Counted from the first letter of the stretch, positions 1-7,204 are shown. The stretch is 32,000 bases of DNA from Mycolicibacterium smegmatis (GCF_001457595.1 NZ_LN831039.1:6270001-6302000); one strand, 5' to 3'. Notes: a model not told the origin generated them from the letters alone. A program made the numbers and translations.

Positions 1-890
1 GTTATGCATCCCTCATCGAGCGGAACGCGTTCGTACTCCGCGAAGCGACCATGCCGGTGCTGGCGCCGGGCTCGACACCGCTGCGCGTGCTGCACATCAG
101 CGACCTGCACATGCGTCCCAACCAGCGGCGCAAGCAGGCATGGTTGCGGGACCTGGCTCGGCTGGAGCCGGATCTGGTGGTCAACACCGGTGACAACCTG
201 GCCCATCCGAAGGCCGTGCCCGCGGTCGTGCAGTCGCTGAGCGAGTTGCTCTCGGTGCCCGGCCTGTTCGTGTTCGGCAGCAACGACTACTTCGGTCCGC
301 GGCCCAAGAACCCGCTGAACTACGTCACCAAGCCGCAGCACCGCACCCAGGGTGAGGCGTTGCCGTGGCAGGACCTGCGTGCGGCGTTCACCGAGCGCGG
401 CTGGCTAGACCTGACCCACACGCGCCGCGACCTCGAGGTTGCCGGGCTGCACCTGTCGGTGGCCGGTGTGGACGATCCGCACCTCAAGCGGGACCGCTAC
501 GACACCGTCGCCGGTCCCGCGAACGCCGCGGCGAACCTGACGCTGGGGCTCACGCACTCCCCCGAGCCGCGCGTGCTCGACCGGTTTGCCGCCGACGGCT
601 ATCAGCTGGTGCTCGCCGGGCATACGCACGGTGGTCAGCTGTGCCTGCCGTTCTACGGCGCGCTCGTCACCAACTGCGAACTCGACCGCTCGCGTGCCAA
701 GGGCGCGTCGCGCTGGGGCGCCGACATGCAGCTGCACGTCTCCGCGGGCATCGGCACGTCGCCGTACGCCCCGGTACGTTTCTGCTGTCGTCCCGAGGCG
801 ACGCTGCTGACGCTGGTGGCCGCGCCCACCGGAGGGGGCAACGCGGGGACCAGGGCCGGCACGTCGTCGCCGTCGGTGTCCGCGCGCTGA
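1..890 (+). CDS. calcineurin-like metallophosphoesterase (Rv3683-like); 5' end probably upstream of the window
   Basis: ORF track gives 51..890, but the same frame is open back to nt 3 ([16 protein letters not shown] precedes M51). The N-terminus is therefore likely cut by the window edge. Phosphoesterase motifs read directly: LHISDLH, NTGDN, GSNDY, GHTHGGQ. Confidence 0.85.
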   Translation, partial: YASLIERNAFVLREATMPVLAPGSTPLRVLHISDLHMRPNQRRKQAWLRDLARLEPDLVVNTGDNLAHPKAVPAVVQSLSELLSVPGLFVFGSNDYFGPRPKNPLNYVTKPQHRTQGEALPWQDLRAAFTERGWLDLTHTRRDLEVAGLHLSVAGVDDPHLKRDRYDTVAGPANAAANLTLGLTHSPEPRVLDRFAADGYQLVLAGHTHGGQLCLPFYGALVTNCELDRSRAKGASRWGADMQLHVSAGIGTSPYAPVRFCCRPEATLLTLVAAPTGGGNAGTRAGTSSPSVSAR

Positions 891-898
891 CGCCGTCG

Positions 899-1996
899 AT
901 GACGGTCTCCACGGTCTCGCGCAGTGGTCCGCGCGAGTGGGTGGACAACGCCGTTCGGCTCATCGAGGCCGACGCCACCCGCAGCGCCGACACCCACCTG
1001 CTCCGGTACCCGCTGCCCGCGGCGTGGTGCGACGACGTCGACGTGGCGCTGTACCTCAAGGACGAGTCCACGCACATCACCGGCAGCCTCAAGCACCGGC
1101 TGGCGCGGTCGCTGTTCCTCTACGGCCTGTGCAACGGCTGGATCTGCGAGGGCACGACGATCATCGAGGCCTCGTCGGGCTCCACGGCCGTGTCCGAGGC
1201 GTACTTCGCGGCGCTGCTGGGCCTACCGTTCATCGCGGTGATGACGGCGTCGACCAGCCCGTCGAAGATCGCGCTGATCGAAGCACAGGGCGGCCGTTGC
1301 CATTTCGTCGAGAAGTCGTCTGAGGTGTACGAGGAGGCGCAGCGGCTGGCCGACGAGACCGGCGGCCACTACCTCGACCAGTTCACCAACGCCGAACGCG
1401 CCACCGACTGGCGCGGCAACAACAACATCGCGGTGTCGATCTACGAGCAGATGCGGCTGGAGAGGCACCCGATCCCGGAATGGATCGTGGTGGGTGCGGG
1501 CACCGGCGGCACCAGCGCGACCATCGGCCGGTTCATCCGCTACCGCAGGCACGCCACCAGGCTGTGCGTCGTGGATCCCGAGAACTCGGCGTTCTACCCG
1601 AGTTACGCGCAGGGGCGCCCGGTGGAGACCGGCGCGTCGTCACGTATCGAGGGCATCGGCAGGCCGCGCGTGGAGCCGTCGTTCATGCCCGAGGTGGTCG
1701 ACCGCATGATCGCGGTGCCCGATGCCGCGTCGGTCGCGGCCGCGCACTACGCCAGCAATGTGCTGGGGCGGCGGGTGGGACCGTCCACCGGCACCAACCT
1801 GTGGGGTGCGTTCGGGTTGCTCGCCGAGATGATGCGTGAGGGACGCAGCGGATCGGTGGTGACGTTGATCGCCGACAGCGGCGACCGATACACCGACACC
1901 TACTTCGACGCCGACTGGTTGGCCAGCCAGGGGCTCGACCCCTCCGGGCCTGCGGAGATCCTCACGGAATTCGAACGTTCCGGCTCCTGGTCGTGA
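899..1996 (+). CDS. PLP-dependent cysteine synthase / CBS-family enzyme (Rv3684-like)
   Basis: Last 365 codons of ORF 365..1996. ATG 899 lies 8 nt after the upstream TGA (888-890). Motifs [14 protein letters not shown] (PLP-lysine region), SSGSTAV and the GAGTGGT glycine loop indicate a fold-type II PLP enzyme. The upstream 178 codons of the ORF overlap gene 1 and are Arg/Ala-rich noise. Confidence 0.85.
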   Translation: MTVSTVSRSGPREWVDNAVRLIEADATRSADTHLLRYPLPAAWCDDVDVALYLKDESTHITGSLKHRLARSLFLYGLCNGWICEGTTIIEASSGSTAVSEAYFAALLGLPFIAVMTASTSPSKIALIEAQGGRCHFVEKSSEVYEEAQRLADETGGHYLDQFTNAERATDWRGNNNIAVSIYEQMRLERHPIPEWIVVGAGTGGTSATIGRFIRYRRHATRLCVVDPENSAFYPSYAQGRPVETGASSRIEGIGRPRVEPSFMPEVVDRMIAVPDAASVAAAHYASNVLGRRVGPSTGTNLWGAFGLLAEMMREGRSGSVVTLIADSGDRYTDTYFDADWLASQGLDPSGPAEILTEFERSGSWS

Positions 1997-2076
1997 TCCG
2001 CGTCGGCTGTCAGGAACAGCCACAGCGCAGCCACGACGAAGAAGCCCAGATAAATCGTGGCGCCCAACGCGGTCAT
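1900..2076 (-). CDS. possible small membrane protein (58 aa), hypothetical
   Basis: Starts at M17 of ORF 1900..2124(-). GGAG lies 7 nt upstream of ATG 2076. An N-terminal hydrophobic helix ([20 protein letters not shown]) is followed by an acidic tail. 21 of the first 26 codons end in G/C. Against: the last ~97 nt overlap the 3' end of the convergent PLP-enzyme gene. Confidence 0.25.
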   Translation of the reverse strand: MTALGATIYLGFFVVAALWLFLTADADHDQEPERSNSVRISAGPEGSSPWLANQSASK

Positions 2077-2186
2077 GTCGCACTCCAGTCGTTCAAAGCT
2101 TGAAATGTTTCGGTCGTATGACACCTACAACGAAACGGGTGCCCACTTTGAGTCCCCGATTCGACGACGAAGTGGCGTAGCTGACA

Positions 2187-2244
2187 CCGAGATTGCAGCC
2201 AGGGACAGGATCGCCGCGATTTTTGTCCCTGGCTTCAATCTCGG
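2187..2244. repeat. long imperfect inverted repeat / stem-loop (9 bp + 1 mismatch + 10 bp, 18-nt loop) upstream of tRNA-Pro
   Basis: CCGAGATTG(2187-2195) pairs with CAATCTCGG(2236-2244). AGCCAGGGAC(2197-2206) pairs with GTCCCTGGCT(2225-2234). It lies in a ~320-bp lower-GC non-coding stretch with no U-tract on either side. Confidence 0.8.
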
Positions 2245-2321
2245 CGCGCGCCTGCGATGTGCCTCTGACCACCCGTTTGGCTTTCAACTGCCTCGGTGCG
2301 ATACGCTGTCGTGGCTTCACG

Positions 2322-2395
<74 letters not shown>

Positions 2396-2407
2396 CTCGC
2401 AGAGGCA

Positions 2408-2441
2408 AGGCCCTGACTGGATTCCCAGTTCAGGGCCTTTC
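2408..2441 (+). terminator. intrinsic terminator after tRNA-Pro
   Basis: 13-bp stem with one bulge (AGGCCCTGACTGG / CCAGTTCAGGGCCT) and a 4-nt loop ATTC, followed by TTTCGCTT. Confidence 0.6.
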
Positions 2442-2525
2442 GCTTATGTGGCCCCCAAGTGAGGTACCGCACTACTCATGTCCGTGGCCCCGTGCCCGCC
2501 GACACTCGTAGGCATGGGAGGACAT

Positions 2526-2726
2526 ATGGGGAGCAAGAAGAACGTCAGGTCCGGCAGCTGTCGGCACCGCGCGCCCGTGATCGCACTGGCGGAGTACCGG
2601 CGCTGTGCGCGCCGCGAGCCGCGTGACGTGGACGACGTGATCGAGGCGCCGGTGACCGCAGTTGTCGACGAGCCCCCCGACGGCGCAGCCGACGACGACG
2701 AGGGCGGAATCATCCTCTGCTGGTAG
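2526..2726 (+). CDS. small hypothetical protein (66 aa)
   Basis: Internal ATG of ORF 2478..2726, preceded by GGGAGG (4 nt spacer). Strong G/C third-position bias. Basic N-terminal half (KKNVRSGSCRHR) and acidic C-terminal half (DEPPDGAADDDEGG). No family recognised. Confidence 0.4.
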   Translation: MGSKKNVRSGSCRHRAPVIALAEYRRCARREPRDVDDVIEAPVTAVVDEPPDGAADDDEGGIILCW

Positions 2727-2738
2727 GCATTTCGCGCC

Positions 2739-3959
2739 TCACGGATGCGGAGGGCCTTTCGGACCCTTCGGGCCGTGCCCTTTCTCGTGGCCCTTACCCT
2801 TGCCGGGTCCCGGTCCCGGTCCGGGCCCACGTCCGGGTCCCCGGGGTTCTTCGGGCACGGCCGCGGGGACCGGCGTCGAGGGGACCGGAGGGACGACGGC
2901 CGAGGTCGCCGGAGGCACGGTGGTCGCAGTGGGCGTCGACGTGGGTGAGGTCAGGCCCGACGAGCCGCGCGCCAGCGCCAGGACCAGCACGAGGATGAGC
3001 GTGGAGACGATGCCGAGGACGGCGAGGATCAGCCGGGTCCGCCAGTGGCGCGGTGACGGCAGCACCGGGGGCGGCGGGATCGGCGGCAGCGGCGCGGCGA
3101 GCACCTTGGTCTGCGGGCGGTCCAGACGCTGCGTGGGTGGTTCGGCACCGGTGAGCGCGGCGCGCATGGTCGCCGCGTCGGGGTAGCGGAACGCGACCTC
3201 ACGCGCCATGGCCGTGTCGATCACGTGGATCAGCCCGGGTGCGACGTCGGGGCGCACCGAGGCGATGGGCACGGGCACGTCGTCGAGGATCGCCCGCACC
3301 ATGGCCGCGGGATTGTCGCGGTCGAACGGCCGGCGCCCGGTCAGCGCCTCGTAGCCCACGACGCCCACGGCGTAGAGGTCGTCGGCGAAACCGGCCGGTT
3401 GCCCGGTCACGCGCTGCGGGCTCAGATACGCCATGGTGCCGAGGATCTGGCCGGCCTGGGTGTGCGGCACCCCGTCGGTCTTGGCGATGCCGAAGTCGGC
3501 GAGCTTCGCCTGCCCGGTGTGGCCGATCAGGATGTTGCCGGGCTTGATGTCGCGGTGCACGATGCCCGCGGCGTGCGCGGCGATGAGCGCCGAGAGGATC
3601 TGGTCGAGTAGTTCGGCCACGCGTTCCTGCGGCAGCGGCCCCGCCGCGATCTCGTCGGCGAGCGTGGCGCCGGACAGTCGCTCCATCACGATGTAGGGCG
3701 TGCCCGCGTGCTCGCCGCAGTCGTGGACCGCGACGACGTGCGGGTGGGTCAGCGCCGCGGCCGCGCGGGCCTCGCGTTCGAAGCGGGCCCGCAGATCCGC
3801 GTCGGCCGCCAGTGCCGGGTAGAGCAGCTTGATCGCGACCGGCCGTGCCAGCCGGGTGTCCCACCCGTCGCGGACCTCGGCCATGCCACCACGACCGAGG
3901 ACGCCCCGGAGTTCGTAGCGGTCGCCAAGGAGTCGCTGAAACCGCTCAGCACTCCCCAT
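2739..3959 (-). CDS. Hanks-type Ser/Thr protein kinase with one TM helix and a low-complexity Pro/Thr/Gly-rich extracytoplasmic tail
   Basis: ORF 2739..3992(-). Motifs GRGGMAEV, VAIK, HRDIKPGNIL, DFG and SPQ (APE-like), with TM helix LILAVLGIVSTLILVLVLALA. I prefer ATG 3959 (MGSAERFQ..) because AATAGT sits 7 nt upstream (leaderless-type). The alternative start is 3992. Confidence 0.9.
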   Translation of the reverse strand: MGSAERFQRLLGDRYELRGVLGRGGMAEVRDGWDTRLARPVAIKLLYPALAADADLRARFEREARAAAALTHPHVVAVHDCGEHAGTPYIVMERLSGATLADEIAAGPLPQERVAELLDQILSALIAAHAAGIVHRDIKPGNILIGHTGQAKLADFGIAKTDGVPHTQAGQILGTMAYLSPQRVTGQPAGFADDLYAVGVVGYEALTGRRPFDRDNPAAMVRAILDDVPVPIASVRPDVAPGLIHVIDTAMAREVAFRYPDAATMRAALTGAEPPTQRLDRPQTKVLAAPLPPIPPPPVLPSPRHWRTRLILAVLGIVSTLILVLVLALARGSSGLTSPTSTPTATTVPPATSAVVPPVPSTPVPAAVPEEPRGPGRGPGPGPGPGKGKGHEKGHGPKGPKGPPHP

Positions 3960-4021
3960 GCACCGGACTATTGCACGCGCCGGACCGTGCATTCCACGCG
4001 CCCCCGAGGCATGCTCACCTC

Positions 4022-4519
4022 ATGCCACGGTTCGCACTGGAACCCGCCGACGAGGCGTTCTTCGGTTCCGCGCCGCACGTTTTCACCTACCGCAAACAGT
4101 TCGCCGCACCGCCCGAGCGCGTATGGGAATCGCTGACCTCGGACGAGTCCCTGGCCGCGTGGGGTTCGACGGTGAAGTTCGTGAACTGGACGTCACCACG
4201 CCCGTTCGGGGTCGGCACGACGCGCGAGGTCGCGCTCTCCCCGGGGATCGTGCGTGTGGACGAGACGTTCTTCCGCTGGGAGGACGGGGTGCGCTACTCG
4301 TTCTACGTCGACCATGCGAGCGTGCCGTCACTGCGCCGGTTCGCCGAGGACTACCTGGTGGAACCCCTTGGCGAAGGGCGCGCGCAGTTCACGTGGATCG
4401 TCGCGATCGAGGCCAGGCCCGCCTTCGCGGTGCCGTTCAAGGCGCTCGCGCCGGTGCTCAAGGCGGCGTTCGGCCGGCTGGCCACCGACGGCGAGAAGTA
4501 CTTCAGGGAAAGGGCGTGA
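4022..4519 (+). CDS. SRPBCC-superfamily (polyketide cyclase/dehydrase-like) protein
   Basis: C-terminal 165 codons of ORF 3845..4519. Size and pattern (PERVWESL..., WxxW, alternating beta-strand hydrophobicity) fit SRPBCC. ATG 4022 is preceded by CATGCT-N6 (leaderless-type). The upstream part of the ORF overlaps the kinase gene. Confidence 0.7.
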   Translation: MPRFALEPADEAFFGSAPHVFTYRKQFAAPPERVWESLTSDESLAAWGSTVKFVNWTSPRPFGVGTTREVALSPGIVRVDETFFRWEDGVRYSFYVDHASVPSLRRFAEDYLVEPLGEGRAQFTWIVAIEARPAFAVPFKALAPVLKAAFGRLATDGEKYFRERA

Positions 4520-4556
4520 CGGAGGTCTCAACCAAGCGGTCGGTAGCGTCAGCCGG

Positions 4557-5354
4557 GTGAGCGCGCCGAGTTGGATCAAGGGTCTTCTGGCATTCGAGCG
4601 CGACGGTGACGTGTTCTGTATCCGCGAGCCCGAGCCCAACACCATCGAGCGCCTGTTCGGCGGTCTGATCGCCGCGCAGTCGCTGGGCGCCGCGGGTGCC
4701 ACCGTCGACGACGACAAGGTCCCACAGTCGCTGCATGCCTACTTCGTCCGCGGCGGCCGGTACGACACCGACGTCGAGTTCCGCGTGACGCGCATCCGCG
4801 ACGGCCGCGCGTTCGCCACGCGCCAGGTCAGTGCCAGCCAGGACGGCAAGGTGATCCTGGAGATGATCGCGTCGTTCCACGCACCGGAGCCGGGTGTGGA
4901 CTGGCAGCCCCGGACCGAGCCGCGGCTCGAGTTCGACGCGGCCGTGCCGAAGGATCCGGAGATCGACTTCAGCGACGCGTTCGAGGTTCGCACCCGCACC
5001 AGCGACGATTCTGAGTTCGCGGTGCCGCCGTTCTGGATCCGCACGCGTGAGCCGGTCGAGGATGACCCGCTGGTCCGGGCGTGCGCGCTGACCTACCTGT
5101 CCGACCTCGGCCCGGTGCCCACCGCCCTGCCCCCGACGGTTCCGCTGCGGCCCGATCTGGGGTTCGCGACGAGCCTCGACCACTCGATCTGGTTCCACCG
5201 CCCGTTCCGGCCGGACATCTGGCACCGCTACGAGTTGCGAGCGGCCAACCACAACGACTCCCGCGGCCTCACCACGGGCTCGCTGATCGACGAATCGGGC
5301 ACGCTGATCGCCAGTGTGTGCCAGGAGGCGCTGTGGCGCCTTGACATCTCTTGA
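4557..5354 (+). CDS. tesB: acyl-CoA thioesterase II (double hot-dog, TesB-like)
   Basis: C-terminal 265 codons of ORF 4254..5354, starting at in-frame GTG 4557. ERLFGGLIAAQSLGAA, HAYFVRGG and RIRDGRAFATRQVSASQDGKVI match the TesB family pattern. Confidence 0.85.
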   Translation: MSAPSWIKGLLAFERDGDVFCIREPEPNTIERLFGGLIAAQSLGAAGATVDDDKVPQSLHAYFVRGGRYDTDVEFRVTRIRDGRAFATRQVSASQDGKVILEMIASFHAPEPGVDWQPRTEPRLEFDAAVPKDPEIDFSDAFEVRTRTSDDSEFAVPPFWIRTREPVEDDPLVRACALTYLSDLGPVPTALPPTVPLRPDLGFATSLDHSIWFHRPFRPDIWHRYELRAANHNDSRGLTTGSLIDESGTLIASVCQEALWRLDIS

Positions 5355-5418
5355 CAGCTGTCCACTTTGTGAGACAGCTCGCGTTGCACCGTAAACGCTC
5401 TGGTCAGACAATGGAAAC

Positions 5419-5637
5419 GTGAGAACAAAATCCGAGGATGAATTAATCGCGGATGTTGAAGATCGCCTGGTGAAACGTTTCACGACTGTCCCGCCCAGAC
5501 GCGTCTCCGATGCCGTCGAAACCGCCCGTCACCGCTTCGACGACAGCACGATCCGTGACTTCGTACCGCTCTTGGTGGAGCGCCGCGTGACCACCGAACT
5601 CGAAGGCGCACTCAAAGGCCGGATGGCCCACGCCTGA
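5419..5637 (+). CDS. small stand-alone three-helix-bundle protein (like the N-terminal dimerisation domain of actinobacterial ArsC/LMW-PTP-family proteins)
   Basis: ORF 5419..5637 with a GTG start. GACAAT ends 6 nt upstream of the GTG and there is no SD, which suggests a leaderless mRNA. The pattern VxxARxRFDDSxIRDFVPLLVER is recalled from that family. Confidence 0.65.
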   Translation: MRTKSEDELIADVEDRLVKRFTTVPPRRVSDAVETARHRFDDSTIRDFVPLLVERRVTTELEGALKGRMAHA

Positions 5638-5676
5638 CGGCGTTTGCGATGCCGCCACGGCGGGCAGTCCGTGGCG

Positions 5677-6336
5677 ATGAAGCTCTCAGATGTGGCCGCC
5701 GTTCCGTTCCAGATCGGTTCCGCGCTGCGGGACCGCCGGCTTTTCCACCCATCGGGTGTCCTGGCCCGCGGCACCCTCGACCGCACGGCCCCGATCGGTG
5801 AGGGTCTGCCCGTGCGCACGGGCGACGTCGTGGGCCGCGTCTCCAAGGGGATCGGGTCCCCGGGATCCGTGCCCGACATCGCCGGACTGGCGTGGCGAAT
5901 GCCGCCTGAGACACCCGACATGCTGTGGGACGTCCTGCTCGCCTCGACACTGATCGGCAACCGTTTCGCGCTGTGGCCGGCCACCGCGTGGACCGACGTC
6001 ACCTTCGCGAGCCTCATGCCCTACCGGTTCGACGGGGGCCTGTGGTGGCTGCGTGCGCGTCTGACGACGCCGATCGACGGGTCCGGGCTCTCGGTCGATG
6101 CGGTGGCCGATCAGATCCGAAGTGGCAGTGTCGATTTCGATATCGACCAGGCAGCCGTCGGTTCAGGCTTCCGCCCGCTGGCCCGGCTGTCGCTGCACAC
6201 CGTGATCGAGGACGAGGATGTGTCGTTCGATCCGGTGCTCAACACCACGGCCGGGGTCTCGCTGGTGCCGGACTGGCTGGCCGGCGTGCGCCGCGTCGCC
6301 TATCGCCGCAGCCGGGTGGGACGCGAGGCCGAGTAG
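5677..6336 (+). CDS. catalase-related (y4iL/srpA-like) mini haem-protein candidate; hypothetical
   Basis: ORF 5644..6336, with possible starts at 5644 or ATG 5677 (MKLSDV). The motifs below keep the spacing of the KatA encoded in this same window.
- FHPSGVLARG against [10 protein letters not shown].
- PDIAGLAWR...LWDVLLAS against RDPRGFAVK...NWDLVGNN.
- RRVAYRRSRVGR against [12 protein letters not shown]. Confidence 0.6.
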   Translation: MKLSDVAAVPFQIGSALRDRRLFHPSGVLARGTLDRTAPIGEGLPVRTGDVVGRVSKGIGSPGSVPDIAGLAWRMPPETPDMLWDVLLASTLIGNRFALWPATAWTDVTFASLMPYRFDGGLWWLRARLTTPIDGSGLSVDAVADQIRSGSVDFDIDQAAVGSGFRPLARLSLHTVIEDEDVSFDPVLNTTAGVSLVPDWLAGVRRVAYRRSRVGREAE

Positions 6337-6341
6337 CACGC

Positions 6342-6494
6342 TCAGTCCGGCGGTTCCTGTGTGGTCTCGTCGGGCATCTCGACGTCCGGGGTGTCCTCGG
6401 GCACGCGCTTGGGCTTGCCCGCACCACCTTCGGCCGCGCTGCCCGTGTCGTGGTCGCGATGCTCTTCGTCGTAGATCCCGTCACCTCGTGGCAT
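6342..6494 (-). CDS. short acidic hypothetical protein (50 aa; 56 aa if ATG 6512 is used)
   Basis: Not in the ORF track because it is too short. Hand translation: MPRGDGIYDEEHRDHDTGSAAEGGAGKPKRVPEDTPDVEMPDETTQEPPD*. 39 of 49 codons end in G/C. It fills an otherwise empty 280-bp gap and a SigF-like promoter lies upstream. Confidence 0.4.
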   Translation of the reverse strand: MPRGDGIYDEEHRDHDTGSAAEGGAGKPKRVPEDTPDVEMPDETTQEPPD

Positions 6495-6504
6495 GACGAG
6501 AGTT

Positions 6505-6529
6505 CTACCCATCCGTCACGGTTTCAACC
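6505..6529 (-). promoter_or_regulatory. imperfect SigF-type promoter (GGTTGA-N13-GGGTAG) for the short acidic ORF
   Basis: The minus strand reads GGTTGAaaccgtgacggatGGGTAG, with ATG 6494 ten nt downstream. The spacer is one nt shorter than in the two strong sites nearby, and the -35 is GTTG rather than GTTT. Confidence 0.3.
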
Positions 6530-6541
6530 CGCTCGGGCGCT

Positions 6542-6566
6542 GTTTGGCAACGGGTCTGACGGGTAT
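6542..6566 (+). promoter_or_regulatory. SigF-type promoter GTTT-N15-GGGTAT upstream of the hemerythrin gene
   Basis: GTTT at 6542-6545, a 15-nt spacer, then GGGTAT at 6561-6566, 53 nt before ATG 6619. It matches the mycobacterial SigF consensus as I recall it (GTTT-N15-17-GGGTA). Confidence 0.6.
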
Positions 6567-6618
6567 GCGGATACACACCTCAGTCCAGAGATCCGTATCC
6601 CCGAAGGGCAACACAAAC

Positions 6619-7203
6619 ATGGATGGTTTGACATTTCTGCGCCAGGACCACAAGAGCGTGCTCGGCATGCTCGAGGTGCTCGGCGACGCTCCGACCGGGC
6701 ACGGCGCCCGCGAGAGCGGCCTCGACACCATGGTGACCAACCTGATCATCGCCGAATCCCAGCACGAGGCCATCGAGGAGCAGCACTTCTGGCCGCTCGT
6801 GCGAGAGGCTCTTGAGGACGGCGACGAACTCGCCGACAAGGCCATCGAACAAGAGCAGATGGGCAAGAAACTGCTGCAACGCCTCGAAGACGGCAAGCCC
6901 GGTGAGCCGGACTACCACGAGGCGCTCAGCGAGTTCGTCAAGCTCGGCCGCGACCACATCGCGTTCGAGCAGGACGTGGTGTGGCCCAAGCTCGAAGCCG
7001 CGGTGGACCGCGACAAGCTGGAGACGCTCGGCACCAAGCTCGAGTCGTCCAAGAAGATCGCGCCGACGCGTCCGCATCCGGACACCCCGGGCAGTTCGGT
7101 CGTACAGAAGACCATGGGCATGGGCGCGGCGATCGTCGACCACGTGCGTGACGCTGCGAGCGGGCGGGAGTCGAAGAATCCGCCGGACCCTCAGATCCAC
7201 TGA
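6619..7203 (+). CDS. hemerythrin HHE cation-binding domain protein
   Basis: C-terminal 194 codons of ORF 6493..7203, starting at ATG 6619. H/E ligand pattern: LRQDHKSV, ESQHEAIEEQHFWP, DHIAFEQDVVWP. Confidence 0.88.
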   Translation: MDGLTFLRQDHKSVLGMLEVLGDAPTGHGARESGLDTMVTNLIIAESQHEAIEEQHFWPLVREALEDGDELADKAIEQEQMGKKLLQRLEDGKPGEPDYHEALSEFVKLGRDHIAFEQDVVWPKLEAAVDRDKLETLGTKLESSKKIAPTRPHPDTPGSSVVQKTMGMGAAIVDHVRDAASGRESKNPPDPQIH

Positions 7204-7204
7204 C

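Noticed and set aside
365-898. Long N-terminal extensions of real genes in the ORF track (365..898, 3845..4021, 4254..4556, 12402..13244, 15430..15597, 23417..23737, 27345..28292, 29644..29796, 30539..30673)
   Set aside because: These upstream in-frame stretches overlap neighbouring well-supported genes or run antisense to them. They are Arg/Pro/Ala-rich, and each ends where a start codon with sensible context begins the recognisable domain.
2805-2845. GGTCCC-type short tandem repeat considered as a repeat array
   Set aside because: It is only about 2.5-4 degenerate units, and it lies inside the kinase coding region, where it encodes the GPGPGPG tail. It is not a CRISPR or intergenic satellite.
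2662-3864. Plus- and minus-strand ORFs 2662..3186(+), 3199..3864(-), 3225..3611(+), 3239..3547(+)
   Set aside because: All are alternative or antisense frames of the Ser/Thr kinase gene, with extreme Arg/Gly/Pro content. Only the 2739..3992 frame contains the kinase subdomain motifs.
4503-5483. 326-aa ORF on the minus strand
   Set aside because: It is antisense to the TesB-like thioesterase. It is Arg/Val/Asp-rich with no family pattern.
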